Shown here piece after piece: positions 7,073-17,549 of a stretch of 64,000 bases of DNA. The notes under the pieces are model-generated. The model searched no databases. It worked only from the letters and a program-made list of their open reading frames with translations, and was not told the DNA's origin. Numbering within the stretch: position 1 is the stretch's first letter; each line of letters opens with the position of its first letter. This stretch comes from a virus. Location: positions 1 to 64,000 of the IMG/VR virus record IMGVR_UViG_3300025727_000782. One strand, written 5' to 3'. The position numbers were made by a program, and so were the translations under genes.

Positions 7073-8614
7073 TTGAAATCGTGTTATGAAAAATCAAATA
7101 TAGCGGATAAGACCAATCCTATTAATATCACATATGATGAATTGCTACACAAAAGTGATTCAGAGATTGATACATGGATTGATGAACTTCGTACATATGT
7201 TATAACTCAATGGGATGAAAATGGCCAACCTCCAGTCATAGGACAAAATGAGGATACCATTATTTCTAATTGGAAAAAACTTTTTGGTTACGATGTTAAA
7301 TCATTCTATACAGAAGATTTAAAAGTAATTAAGAACTTCAATAAATTTGCTTCGGCAGTAAATCAATTCTTTCCAACAATGTTAAAAACAAAAATATCAA
7401 GTGGAGTTAGTAGTGAAGGTGCTACATCTATATATGATATGTTTAAAGAAGATGATTTACGAGATACTTTTAAAAAGGCTATGTTGAGAGCTTTGTATAA
7501 AGATTCAATGTATAGTTTTAGTAAAAGTATTTTAAAGGATGAAGTGGATAGGAATGTAGGTGAGTATTTAAATTATTGGAATAATAATGATAAGTATGGA
7601 ATCACCGTTATACGACAAACCGATAAAACTCCTGTAGATATAAATTCAAAGTATTTGTTATTAAAGGGTAGTGAAGTACAAATGTATTTAACGAGTGGAA
7701 ACTTAACCGAACAGAATGTTCGCACAATAAGTGGTGAGTTAGATAATAGTATTACATTAAAGAATGGTGAGTTACGATATTACCATTACTATATAAGAAA
7801 GTATAAAAGAAGTCATAAGTTATTTCCTACAGCATTACAAATCTTTAGATTATCATTAGGACAACCCGCGGTTAACTTTCCTGCATTAACTGCTAAATTC
7901 TTATATGAACATTTTACAGAACATATTAAAGATGAGAAGATTACAGTATATGATTGTTCATCAGGATGGGGTGGAAGAATATTAGGTGCTATGAGTACCG
8001 ATAGAGATTTACATTATGTAGGAACTGATCCCAATCCAGATAACATTGGACGATATGAGAGAGTAGCTGAATACTACAATACTCATTGTTTCCAAAGTAA
8101 TCCATTTTGGGGGAGAGACAAGCCAAACACTTACGAAGTTTTCCAAGATGGTAGTGAGGTTATATGTGATAACCCTAAGTTTGATAAATATAAAAATTCG
8201 TTAGACTTTGTTTTCACAAGTCCACCTTACTTTAACCGAGAACAATACTCACAAGACGAAAATCAATCGTTCAAGAAATTTTCGGCGTACGAAGATTGGC
8301 GTGATAACTTTTTAAAACCTACTTTGACAACGGCGTATACTAATCTAAAAAACGATAGGTTTCTTTGTTGGAACATTGCGGACATCAAGATAGGTGAAGA
8401 CAAATACATTCCATTAGAACAAGATTCAATTGATATTGTTAAATCACTTGGTGGTGAGTATCAAGGAATATATAAAATGTTGATGACACGAATGGTAGGA
8501 ATCGATACATCAAAAATAAAGAATTCAGTACAAGTAAAGCATCATCCATTACAACGAGGTGGAGATGTTTTTAAATTTGAACCAATATTAGTATTTTATA
8601 AAGGAAAATTATGA
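7073..8614 (+). CDS. Large phage DNA amino-methyltransferase (motif I before motif IV, SPPY)
   Basis: VYDCSSGWGGRILG (motif I), YVGTDPN, VFTSPPYF (motif IV). Confidence 0.85.
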   Translation: MKSCYEKSNIADKTNPINITYDELLHKSDSEIDTWIDELRTYVITQWDENGQPPVIGQNEDTIISNWKKLFGYDVKSFYTEDLKVIKNFNKFASAVNQFFPTMLKTKISSGVSSEGATSIYDMFKEDDLRDTFKKAMLRALYKDSMYSFSKSILKDEVDRNVGEYLNYWNNNDKYGITVIRQTDKTPVDINSKYLLLKGSEVQMYLTSGNLTEQNVRTISGELDNSITLKNGELRYYHYYIRKYKRSHKLFPTALQIFRLSLGQPAVNFPALTAKFLYEHFTEHIKDEKITVYDCSSGWGGRILGAMSTDRDLHYVGTDPNPDNIGRYERVAEYYNTHCFQSNPFWGRDKPNTYEVFQDGSEVICDNPKFDKYKNSLDFVFTSPPYFNREQYSQDENQSFKKFSAYEDWRDNFLKPTLTTAYTNLKNDRFLCWNIADIKIGEDKYIPLEQDSIDIVKSLGGEYQGIYKMLMTRMVGIDTSKIKNSVQVKHHPLQRGGDVFKFEPILVFYKGKL

Positions 8615-9201
8615 ATAATATATTTATACAAAATGAAATAGATGAATACATTCCTGATGTATTAAAGGAAGATGGTAATCCAATGTCTAAATGGAAAATG
8701 GAATACAGAGACTTTGTAGAAATGTTTGCTCAGTTTAATGAGTGGTTTGATAAAGAAGAAACTTTATTACATATAGGACATAGGAGAACAAATTTACCAC
8801 CATTGGGTTCTATACACGATAACATATTTTTCAATTCTATGCATTGTATTGATGGTAAAAAATTAAAATCAATACGAGATGAAATACTTTGGGATTGGTG
8901 TCAAGTTGGAGAAGACGCTAACTTTATGTTAGAGTATTTAACACGAGGTTATACAAATAGAAGAACAGATTTATATTCAGCACATTGGGGTTCATATCAA
9001 GATGGTGGATGTTCCGAATACAGAGATGCTGAATTTCATAATAAGGAACATAAAAAATTAATGTCAAGATGGCCAGAATATGTGTCGTTAAGAAAAACAA
9101 TGATGGCACAAGGTCCTGATGGAAATAATATTGGTGAAATAGATGAGTATAAATATAATATGAAAAAGGCTTATAAAGATTCACAAAAAGAATTAGAATA
9201 A
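8611..9201 (+). CDS. Glycosyltransferase-like protein (GREB1/TET-associated, T4 beta-glucosyl-HMC-alpha-glucosyltransferase-like), possibly N-terminally truncated
   Basis: GEDANFMLEYLTRGY, GGCSEYRD, HKKLMSRWPEYV match the C-terminal half of that family; no DxD N-terminal part visible. Confidence 0.5.
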   Translation: MNNIFIQNEIDEYIPDVLKEDGNPMSKWKMEYRDFVEMFAQFNEWFDKEETLLHIGHRRTNLPPLGSIHDNIFFNSMHCIDGKKLKSIRDEILWDWCQVGEDANFMLEYLTRGYTNRRTDLYSAHWGSYQDGGCSEYRDAEFHNKEHKKLMSRWPEYVSLRKTMMAQGPDGNNIGEIDEYKYNMKKAYKDSQKELE

Positions 9202-9222
9202 CTAATAAATGGAGATTAGAAA

Positions 9223-10002
9223 ATGAAACAGTTAACACCTGAACAAATCCAACAAAATTGGGTTAAACTTCGCGAACTATTAAATAATACATTTAGTGGT
9301 GAACGATTAGAAAAGTTAAATCAAATGTATGATTACTTTGAAGACAGGATGGTTATGGCACCAGCAAGTGGTAAGGAACATTACCACAATGCATTCGTTG
9401 GTGGTTATGTAGACCATGTACTTCATGTAACTGATTTGGCTTTAAAAATAAATAAGTTGTGGAAAGACAATGGAGCATCAATAAATTATACTGATGAAGA
9501 ACTTGTTTTCGCAGCTATACATCATGACTTGGGTAAAGTTGGTGATTTAGAAAATGATTATTATACACCAAACGAATCAGATTGGCATCGTAAGAATCAA
9601 GGATTAATTTTTAAACACAACGAAGACCTTCAGTTCATGACAGTTACAGATAGAGCAATCTTTCTGTTAAATCACTTTGGAGTTAAGTATTCCGAGTGGG
9701 AATATATTGGTTTGAGATTAACTGATGGTATGTATGAAGAAGCAAATAAAGCTTATTATATAGCATATCAACCTGAAAGACAACTAAGGTCTAACATTGC
9801 GTATATCTTACATCAGGCAGATATGATGGCAACTCATATAGAATATGATGAGTGGAAACATGGAGAACAAAAGAGTAAAGAACAAGTAAACAAAAAAGTC
9901 ATCAATATCAAAAAGGCAGTTGCAACAGAAGTTGAAACTAAACTTGGTAGTGGGGATAATGCTAAGGATTTATTTGATGAATTGTTTGGAGATAAAAAAT
10001 GA
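9223..10002 (+). CDS. HD-domain phosphohydrolase
   Basis: APAS..HYHNAFVGGYVDHVLHV, AIHHDLGKVG, LHQADMMA. Confidence 0.9.
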   Translation: MKQLTPEQIQQNWVKLRELLNNTFSGERLEKLNQMYDYFEDRMVMAPASGKEHYHNAFVGGYVDHVLHVTDLALKINKLWKDNGASINYTDEELVFAAIHHDLGKVGDLENDYYTPNESDWHRKNQGLIFKHNEDLQFMTVTDRAIFLLNHFGVKYSEWEYIGLRLTDGMYEEANKAYYIAYQPERQLRSNIAYILHQADMMATHIEYDEWKHGEQKSKEQVNKKVINIKKAVATEVETKLGSGDNAKDLFDELFGDKK

Positions 10003-10259
10003 TATTAGAAATACTATTAGGAGTTACAACAATTCTATCTATAGTACTTGGTTGGACAACATACAATCAATTACAAAAGGTAGAACGATTAGAAGAGTGG
10101 GCAGAAGAATATTCCCAAAAACTAATCGATACTAAAACAACATTGGACTTGTTAGATTCAGAAGGTAAGTTTGAATCTGATGATGAAATTGGAACTGTAT
10201 TTGAGGGAATCAAAGATGCAGTTAATGACTTAACCAAATTAACCGAAAAGGATATTTAA
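9999..10259 (+). CDS. Membrane-anchored coiled-coil hypothetical protein
   Basis: N-terminal TM, FESDDEIGTVF motif. Confidence 0.55.
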   Translation: MILEILLGVTTILSIVLGWTTYNQLQKVERLEEWAEEYSQKLIDTKTTLDLLDSEGKFESDDEIGTVFEGIKDAVNDLTKLTEKDI

Positions 10260-10260
10260 C

Positions 10261-10995
10261 ATGCCAAGAAAAGCCAAGAAGTCTTCACCACGATATTATT
10301 TCCATCAAGGAACTGAAAATGCAATCATTCGTCATAATAAGGAAGATAGACCTTATATGAGGGAGAGAATTTATAATGAACATATTCGTACACCATTTGA
10401 GAAATTAGCAGAGAATATCATCCATACATTTAAGTTTTATTACTTTGATGTACCGAGTGCAGATGTCGTGCATGAGGTGGTTAGCTTCCTTTATATGAAC
10501 ATGCATAAATTCGCTGAGGGTAAGGGTAAGGCCTTTTCATACTTCAGTATTGTTGCTAAGAATTATTTAATTCTACACAATAATAATAATTACAAACGAT
10601 TAAAACAACACGATAGTGAAGAGGTTACAGATTATCAACGAGATGCAATTTCAGAAGAAAAATCAAAAGAAAATCGTGAAGTTAAAGTTGAGTATTTAAC
10701 TCAGTTAGCTGATTACTGGAGAAATAATCTTACTACTGTTTTTAAACGGAAGAAAGATTTAGATGTTGCAAATGCTGTTGTTGAGTTGATTGATATGAAA
10801 GATAATATTGATAACTTCAATAAGAAAGCTCTATACATTATGATTCGTGAAATGACAGATTCTAATACACAACATATTACGAGAGTGATTAATGTGATGA
10901 AGAAACACCACAATCAGTTACAGAAATCTTATCTTGCTACGGGTTCAATTGAAACTCGGTGGACAGGTAGTTGGTTTAATCAACCAAAAAGATAA
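10261..10995 (+). CDS. Probable phage sigma factor (sigma70 region-2 / T4 gp55-like)
   Basis: KLAENII..F.FYY...D...E...FL....KF...KGKAFSYFSIVAKNYLI resembles region 2 of gp55-type sigma factors; precedes structural module. Confidence 0.55.
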   Translation: MPRKAKKSSPRYYFHQGTENAIIRHNKEDRPYMRERIYNEHIRTPFEKLAENIIHTFKFYYFDVPSADVVHEVVSFLYMNMHKFAEGKGKAFSYFSIVAKNYLILHNNNNYKRLKQHDSEEVTDYQRDAISEEKSKENREVKVEYLTQLADYWRNNLTTVFKRKKDLDVANAVVELIDMKDNIDNFNKKALYIMIREMTDSNTQHITRVINVMKKHHNQLQKSYLATGSIETRWTGSWFNQPKR

Positions 10996-11029
10996 AAAAA
11001 AAGGGGGCCATTTACAATCGACCCCCTTT
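10994..11029 (-). terminator. Rho-independent terminator between convergent genes (likely bidirectional)
   Basis: AAAGGGGG...CCCCCTTT stem preceded by an A9 run (T run on minus strand). Confidence 0.7.
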
Positions 11030-11049
11030 ATTATCTATCCGATATAGTA

Positions 11050-11271
11050 CTACTTACGGAATAAACCCACCAACACCAACAATGCGACGAGTCCAGCGAA
11101 ACCCGATTCGCCGAAACTGTTTATGATGGATGTCAGGTTACCTATAACATTAACACCGAAGATACCACTACCGAATATGACTTCGGAAACGGCACCAATG
11201 GCTACAAAGGATAAAAGTAAATGAGCAATGTCATCAACCCATCCCCTTACGAGTGCTATGATTTCCTTCAT
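11050..11271 (-). CDS. Small two-helix membrane protein
   Basis: 73 aa, hydrophobic, GGAG RBS upstream on minus strand, own terminator. Confidence 0.8.
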   Translation of the reverse strand: MKEIIALVRGWVDDIAHLLLSFVAIGAVSEVIFGSGIFGVNVIGNLTSIINSFGESGFAGLVALLVLVGLFRK

Positions 11272-11404
11272 GGTTTTTATCTCCCGTTAGTTATCAATTA
11301 GTCGGATTTTATACCCGACAGTAATAACTATTGTATATATTTTAAAATATTAATGGGTATATACAAGTGTATATATTTATATATAACTATTTTCTGAACT
11401 TTTA

Positions 11405-11412
11405 ATATTTAT
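11405..11412 (+). promoter_or_regulatory. Putative phage late promoter motif ATATTTAT (also 22850, 25802, 26326, 31012, 35655, 49238, 50340)
   Basis: Same motif in nearly every intergenic gap ahead of structural/late operons. Confidence 0.55.
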
Positions 11413-11447
11413 TATTGAATCAAATTCAATCAAAAATAGGTAATAAT

Positions 11448-11828
11448 ATGGCAATCGATTTTGAAGTTTTCGAGGGGAAATCCCTTTCAGATGTTTTTAA
11501 AGATATTTATGATAATTCAGTAACTAATAAAAAACAGTTAGAAGTGTTGATGAAAGAAGTTGTTGGGTTTATCAAAGATGGTGATACAGCTGTGCAAATA
11601 ATTCCAATGCTAAAAGAGTATTTGGAAATCAATGTGAAGAATGATGAACAATTAGTTAAGTTAGCAACAATAGTTCAGAGGTTGGCTACTGCTGCTAAAC
11701 AAGGTGATAGTGATGAAGAATTCGGGTTATCTGATAAAGAGAAAGAACAATTGATGACAAGTATAGAACATACTGTAAGTGAATTACAGGATCATTCGGA
11801 CAATATAACGGCCAAATTAGATAATTAA
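11448..11828 (+). CDS. Conserved hypothetical helical protein preceding baseplate genes
   Basis: ATG 11448 after AGGT; track ORF 11415..11828. Confidence 0.65.
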   Translation: MAIDFEVFEGKSLSDVFKDIYDNSVTNKKQLEVLMKEVVGFIKDGDTAVQIIPMLKEYLEINVKNDEQLVKLATIVQRLATAAKQGDSDEEFGLSDKEKEQLMTSIEHTVSELQDHSDNITAKLDN

Positions 11829-12968
11829 ATGCCCGTAAAAATGAAAAAGAAAGGTGGTGCTAAATCAGGACCACTTCAATCTAATAGAATACAAAATGTA
11901 GAATCAACGATGAGACTATTTAAACAATTAGTCCAGTCGGAAGAATTTTATGAATTAGAACCAGTAGAAATTTTGGATGTACATTTGGATGAGAGTAAAT
12001 CATCTTTTCCAAAAACATCTGAAGATAAACCAGATTATGCTTTTATTGGTGGGATTCTTGGTAGGTTTGTTTATTCGGAACAAGGTAAGACAATAGATAA
12101 ATGTAAAAATTTTAAACCGATGAATCCAAGTATAAACAATTTACCAGCAGTTGGAGAGATTGTGATAGGAGTTCAGTATCTTGGACAATATTATTATACA
12201 ACACAATTAAATGTATTTGGTAATCCTAATTTTAATTCACAACATGGAATTAGTAGATTAAAAAGAAAGAACACACTTAAATCTTTGTTTGGTTTAGACA
12301 CACCAAATACAGATGATAAAAGTGCTGAACTTGGATATTATTTAAAGAAGACAAAAGATTCTCGCAAATTATTACCACACGAGGGTGATGTAATATTTGA
12401 AGGTAGACATGGAAACACTATAAGAATTGGTAGTGATATAAAGAATGAAAATGAAGATTCACCAAACATTATTTTAAATGTTGGACAAAGTAAAGATGAG
12501 TTTCCTGAACCAAAACAACCAGTAGAAGAAAAGATTGATACGGATGGTTCAAGTATTTACTTGACTACAAATCAAAAATTAGAGTTTACTTCAGGAATAG
12601 AAAGTAAAGTAGTTACAGCTCCATATGAGGGTAAAAATATTTTATTAAGTTCGGATAGGATTATATTTAATACTAAGAACGGTGGAGATATTGGAATGTT
12701 TAGTAATAATAATGTTTCAATAGGAGCAGTTAGTGAAGTAGTAATTGAATCACCAGTAACAAAAATTGGTAGTTCAGGTGCTACTGAACCAATGGTATTG
12801 GGGGATAAATTAGAATCGGTGTTGAATGATATTTTAACATTAATAGAAACTGGATTATTAGCACCTACGGGTCCTGTACAAGTTGTTGCAGGACAACCAA
12901 TATTACAAAAATTAAAAAGTGCATTAGGTATACCATCAATAAAAAGTCCAAAGAATACGGTAGAATAA
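11829..12968 (+). CDS. Baseplate hub/spike protein (gp5/VgrG-like)
   Basis: LPAVGEIV OB-fold signature, EGDVIFEGRHGNTIRIGS, beta-helix-like C-terminus, EPMVLGDKL. Confidence 0.65.
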   Translation: MPVKMKKKGGAKSGPLQSNRIQNVESTMRLFKQLVQSEEFYELEPVEILDVHLDESKSSFPKTSEDKPDYAFIGGILGRFVYSEQGKTIDKCKNFKPMNPSINNLPAVGEIVIGVQYLGQYYYTTQLNVFGNPNFNSQHGISRLKRKNTLKSLFGLDTPNTDDKSAELGYYLKKTKDSRKLLPHEGDVIFEGRHGNTIRIGSDIKNENEDSPNIILNVGQSKDEFPEPKQPVEEKIDTDGSSIYLTTNQKLEFTSGIESKVVTAPYEGKNILLSSDRIIFNTKNGGDIGMFSNNNVSIGAVSEVVIESPVTKIGSSGATEPMVLGDKLESVLNDILTLIETGLLAPTGPVQVVAGQPILQKLKSALGIPSIKSPKNTVE

Positions 12969-12969
12969 A

Positions 12970-13488
12970 ATGGCAGAAAAAATAGGTTGGGAATTATTTA
13001 GAGTTGAATATAAAGCAGCCTTAGAAAAGGGTGATGACATTGGTACGGCAATTGCTGATTCATATGATAAAGCAGTTAAAACCGCGGTACCAGGTATACC
13101 ATATTTTGGTGGAACACAAAAAGGACAAGGAAGTGCAACTGTTCCAGGAATAATAGTTAAATCACCATTAAAAAAATTAATGGCAGGAATGTTAAATATG
13201 TGTTTGAAAAACCCATTACCAGTTCCACCATTTTCAGTTGCATTAGATACGGCATTAAAAATATATTGGACAGGAGCCGTTTCAAGTAATATGTGTGTTG
13301 TAGTAGTTCCAGGTGTTACTGGAGCATTTATTGACGCGGAAGGAATGAAAAATAAAAGTGTGGATGATTTTATTGATCAATTGATAAAAGCATTTGATAC
13401 ACACGCAAAACAAGTACAGGGGATAGGAGTTCCATTGGGAAATGTACCAACTGTATTTACAGGCTATAAAGTACCATCAGGTGCGTAA
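12970..13488 (+). CDS. Hypothetical virion protein
   Basis: Position in baseplate operon, tight coupling. Confidence 0.5.
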   Translation: MAEKIGWELFRVEYKAALEKGDDIGTAIADSYDKAVKTAVPGIPYFGGTQKGQGSATVPGIIVKSPLKKLMAGMLNMCLKNPLPVPPFSVALDTALKIYWTGAVSSNMCVVVVPGVTGAFIDAEGMKNKSVDDFIDQLIKAFDTHAKQVQGIGVPLGNVPTVFTGYKVPSGA

Positions 13489-13499
13489 AGGAGTTAAAC

Positions 13500-13958
13500 A
13501 TGACTAAAAAAGACCTTGTAAAAATAATACAAGAAGTAGTACGAATTGAAGTTAAAAAACAGGTTAAACATATATTTATAACCGAGAAGAAATCTACTTC
13601 TCTCAAATCACTTACACAGCCAGTTCGAAAGAAAAAAGTAGTAAAGAAAAGAGAACCAGTACAATATACTGAGAACCAAACTCTGAACGATATACTAAAT
13701 GAAACGGTTGGTTTAAATGAAAAATCACAAGAAATGGATGAGTATCCAACAATGGGTGGTGGTGCATTTGATTCAACAAGAGCATCAGAATTATTAGGTT
13801 ATGGTGGAGATAAACAAACACAACGAGAAGTTGGAGCAGTACAAACTATGAAAGAAGCTGGAGTTTCAGCTAATCAAGTTCCAGACCATGTACAAGATGC
13901 TTTAACAAAGGATTATAGTAAGTTAATGAAACACAATAAGATGAAAAGTAATAGATAA
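13500..13958 (+). CDS. Hypothetical protein
   Basis: AGGAG RBS; LVKIIQEVVRIEVKK start. Confidence 0.55.
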   Translation: MTKKDLVKIIQEVVRIEVKKQVKHIFITEKKSTSLKSLTQPVRKKKVVKKREPVQYTENQTLNDILNETVGLNEKSQEMDEYPTMGGGAFDSTRASELLGYGGDKQTQREVGAVQTMKEAGVSANQVPDHVQDALTKDYSKLMKHNKMKSNR

Positions 13959-14404
13959 TGAACACAAGAGATATAAACAATCCATCAGTAGCAGCATTAA
14001 ATGAGGACGAAGATAGTTTTTTCGGATGTACCTTTCCATTAACATATGGAGTAGGTGGTGAGGGATTTTTTCCCCGCTCAACAACATTAAAAGAACAAGC
14101 ATCATCTAATATAAAAAATTTATTATTAACACAAAAAGGTGAAAGACTTGGACAACCAGCGTTTGGTAGTGATTTACCTGCAATTTTATTTGAACCAGTA
14201 ACTGGTACTATTGGAGATAAAATTGATAGTGCAATTAGAGAAGCTTTAGCAATATGGTTACCTTATATTACAGCTGAAAATATTTTTACTATACAGGATG
14301 AATCTAATCCTAATCAGGTAACGGTTTCACTTGAGTTTAGAGTAGATACAGATGACCCTGATTCAATTGAGACAATGACATTTAATTTTAATACAGGAGG
14401 ATAG
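13958..14404 (+). CDS. Baseplate wedge protein gp25-like
   Basis: NIKNLLLTQKGERLGQPAFGSDL..LFEP, IREALAIWLPYI. Confidence 0.9.
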   Translation: MNTRDINNPSVAALNEDEDSFFGCTFPLTYGVGGEGFFPRSTTLKEQASSNIKNLLLTQKGERLGQPAFGSDLPAILFEPVTGTIGDKIDSAIREALAIWLPYITAENIFTIQDESNPNQVTVSLEFRVDTDDPDSIETMTFNFNTGG

Positions 14405-14405
14405 A

Positions 14406-16370
14406 ATGGCCGTCGATTATAATACAAATCAAAAAGTAGAGAAAAAGGAAGTCCAATATCTTGGTAGAGAATTTTCTGATATAAGAAACAATTTAATGGA
14501 ATTTGCAAAGACATACTTTCCAAATACATATAATGATTTTAATGAATCAAGTCCTGGAATGATGTTTATAGAGATGGCAGCATATGTAGGAGATGTATTA
14601 GGATTTTATATTGATAATCAATATCGTGAATCATTATTACATGCAGCAGAAGAAAAGAAAAATATTTATAAAATTGCCCAATCATTTGGATATGAACCGA
14701 AACTATCAAGTCCAGCTACAGCAATATGTGATTTTAGTGTAGAAGTTCCATCATTACAAGTTGGAGAAACTTACCAACCAGATTTAGATTATGCACCAAT
14801 ATTAGCAGGTGATAGTACATTCTCATCTACTAATGGAACAACATTTAGATTGGCGGATGATATTAATTTTAAAGTATCGAGTTCTTTAGATAATATGGAT
14901 ATAAGAGTTTCAAAGTTTGATGAAACCACACCAACACATTTTACATTGACGAAAAAAGGAATTTGTAAATCAGGTACTAAAACATCACAAACATTTACTT
15001 TTGGTAATGCTACTAAATTCGATAAAATAATTTTAAGTAATAATAAAGTAATTGATATTATGTCAATAACAGATAGTAAAGAAGAAAAATGGTATGAAGT
15101 TCCATTCTTGGCTCAAGATACTGTTTTTGCTTCAATGGAAAATTCTGATAATAATAGTCCTGATTTAACATCATATAAAAAGGAATCCCCTTTCTTATTA
15201 AAGTTAATTAAAACTGCTAAAAGATTTACAAAGTATGTCCGTAGTGATGGTAAAACAGAAATAAGATTTGGTTCAGGTATTAGTTCAAATGCGGATGAAG
15301 AAATAATTCCAAATCCAGATAATGTTGGTTCATCGTTATCATTGGGTGTTAATAAATTGGATGAATCTTTTGATCCAAGTAATTTTTTGAAAACCAAAAC
15401 TTTTGGATTGGCTCCAAGTAATACTACATTAACCGTAACTTATACTTATGGTGGTTCAGTTAAAGATAATGCACTTTCAGGTACAATTACAAATCTCGAT
15501 AATGTTAGTTGGACATTTGATGATACAGGATTAAATGGTACAAAAGTAAGTGATATGAAAACAAGTTTAGTTATTACTAATGAAGAATCTGCAACTGGTG
15601 GTTCAAGTGGAGAGACAAATGAACAAGTTAGACAGAATGCATTAGCATATTTTAATTCACAAAATAGAGCAGTTACCAAAGAGGATTATATAATTAGAGT
15701 TTATTCATTACCACAAAAGTATGGTAATATTGCTAAATGTTTTATCGTTCAAGATGAACAGTTAGAAGAGAATACAAAATTGATTGTTAAGAATGGTAAA
15801 ATTTCTAAAAACACATCTATAAGTACTTTACCTAATCCATTAGCATTAAATTTTTATACTTTAGGATATGATGCAAATCAGAATTTAGTAACATTAAACC
15901 ACGCTGTAAAAAATAATTTAAAAACATATCTATCACAATATAGAATTTTAACAGATGCAATTAATATTAAAGATGCATATATTGTAAATATTAGTTGTAG
16001 ATTTTCAATTATTACTCAAAGAGGATTTAATAAAAATGAAGTATTGTTAAGGGCAATAGAATCAGTTAAGAAATATTTTGATATTAAGAAATGGCAAATT
16101 GGACAACCAATAATTTTAAGTGATATTGCTTATGCAATTTCATTAGTGGATGGTGTGGCAAGTATTGTTCCACCAGAAGATGATAATCCACAAAAACAAA
16201 TGGTAGTTATTGATAATGAATGGCAAACAGAAAGTGGATATACTGGCCATGTATATGATTTACAATCAGCAACCAAAGATGGAGTTATTTATCCATCATT
16301 AGACCCTTGTATTTTCGAATTAAAATTCCCAAATACTGATATTTCGGGTAGAGTAGTAGGAGATGTATAA
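14406..16370 (+). CDS. Baseplate wedge protein gp6-like (baseplate J family)
   Basis: DFNESSPGMMFIEMAAYVGDVLGFY, IRFGSG, ATGGSSGET, QNRAVTKEDY. Confidence 0.9.
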   Translation: MAVDYNTNQKVEKKEVQYLGREFSDIRNNLMEFAKTYFPNTYNDFNESSPGMMFIEMAAYVGDVLGFYIDNQYRESLLHAAEEKKNIYKIAQSFGYEPKLSSPATAICDFSVEVPSLQVGETYQPDLDYAPILAGDSTFSSTNGTTFRLADDINFKVSSSLDNMDIRVSKFDETTPTHFTLTKKGICKSGTKTSQTFTFGNATKFDKIILSNNKVIDIMSITDSKEEKWYEVPFLAQDTVFASMENSDNNSPDLTSYKKESPFLLKLIKTAKRFTKYVRSDGKTEIRFGSGISSNADEEIIPNPDNVGSSLSLGVNKLDESFDPSNFLKTKTFGLAPSNTTLTVTYTYGGSVKDNALSGTITNLDNVSWTFDDTGLNGTKVSDMKTSLVITNEESATGGSSGETNEQVRQNALAYFNSQNRAVTKEDYIIRVYSLPQKYGNIAKCFIVQDEQLEENTKLIVKNGKISKNTSISTLPNPLALNFYTLGYDANQNLVTLNHAVKNNLKTYLSQYRILTDAINIKDAYIVNISCRFSIITQRGFNKNEVLLRAIESVKKYFDIKKWQIGQPIILSDIAYAISLVDGVASIVPPEDDNPQKQMVVIDNEWQTESGYTGHVYDLQSATKDGVIYPSLDPCIFELKFPNTDISGRVVGDV

Positions 16371-17548
16371 TGTATTATTTTGAATATCCAGTAGTAGACA
16401 CAACAATTTATGAGGGAAATGTAAGTTCTTCTATCAATACAGGAATTGATCAAATATTAGAAGTTAGAAAAGAAGTTAATTCAGCGGGAACATCTGTTGG
16501 AGTATCTCGAATACTTATTAAATTTGATTATAGTTATATTACTAATCAAGTAAATACCGGAGTTATTCCAAGCGATGCAAAATATTATTTAAATTTATAT
16601 GATGCAAGTTCAGAAGAATTAGCAGTAGAACAAACTCTATACACTTATATGGTAAGTGGAAGTTGGTCAGGTGGAACAGGATTTTATAGTAGAGACCCAG
16701 TATTAAGTGATGGGGCAAGTTGGAAATATCGAGATAACGATACAACAAAAACTGAATGGGTGAGTGGTAGTACAACACAAGGTGGTACTTGGTTTACTTC
16801 AAGTATTAGTAGTCAATATGAAGTTAGCTCTTCAGAAAATTTAGTTTATGAAACTAAAGATATTAGAATGGATGTAAGTGATTTAGTTAAAAATCATATT
16901 TATTCAAGTTCTATATTTCCAAATAATGGGCTTATTGTAAAGAGACAAAATGTAGCAACATCACAAAGTATGTATTCAATATTCGATCCAACAACCGCAA
17001 CAGGTTCAGCTGAAGGGGATACTAATCATATTGGACATTTAAAATTTTTCTCACGAGAGACAAATACAATTTTTCCACCAAAGTTAGAAGTAGAGTGGGA
17101 TGATAGTGTATGGAGTACTGGAAGTTTAAGTGCTTTAGCTTCATCCGATTTAGATAACCTAACTGTTTATTTTAAAAATATTAAATCTGAATATAAAGAA
17201 AAATCAAAAGTAAAATTCAGATTAGTAGGTAGAGAACTATATCCAACAAGAGGATTTTCTACTACACCCGCAGCGTTAACTGTAAAATCTTTACCAAGTG
17301 GAAGTCAGGCTCTCGGCCAAGGAACTTACTATTCAGTAAAAGATTCATTAACTGATGATGTAATAATACCATTTAGTACAGGTTCAATAGTTAGTTGTGA
17401 TTCAACAGGTAATTATTTTAATTTGTGGATGGATGGGTTACAACCAGAAAGACATTATAAGTTTGAAATTAAAGTAGTAAGTGGAAGCGGAGCAGATGAA
17501 TCATCTTTAGTATATGATGACGGATATGAATTTAAAGTGGTGAGATAA
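16370..17548 (+). CDS. Virion structural protein (DNRLRE-like beta-sandwich)
   Basis: DTTIYE, SRILIKFD, MDVSDLV, NNGLIVK, FFSRET..PKLEVEW. Confidence 0.6.
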   Translation: MYYFEYPVVDTTIYEGNVSSSINTGIDQILEVRKEVNSAGTSVGVSRILIKFDYSYITNQVNTGVIPSDAKYYLNLYDASSEELAVEQTLYTYMVSGSWSGGTGFYSRDPVLSDGASWKYRDNDTTKTEWVSGSTTQGGTWFTSSISSQYEVSSSENLVYETKDIRMDVSDLVKNHIYSSSIFPNNGLIVKRQNVATSQSMYSIFDPTTATGSAEGDTNHIGHLKFFSRETNTIFPPKLEVEWDDSVWSTGSLSALASSDLDNLTVYFKNIKSEYKEKSKVKFRLVGRELYPTRGFSTTPAALTVKSLPSGSQALGQGTYYSVKDSLTDDVIIPFSTGSIVSCDSTGNYFNLWMDGLQPERHYKFEIKVVSGSGADESSLVYDDGYEFKVVR

Positions 17549-17549
17549 A

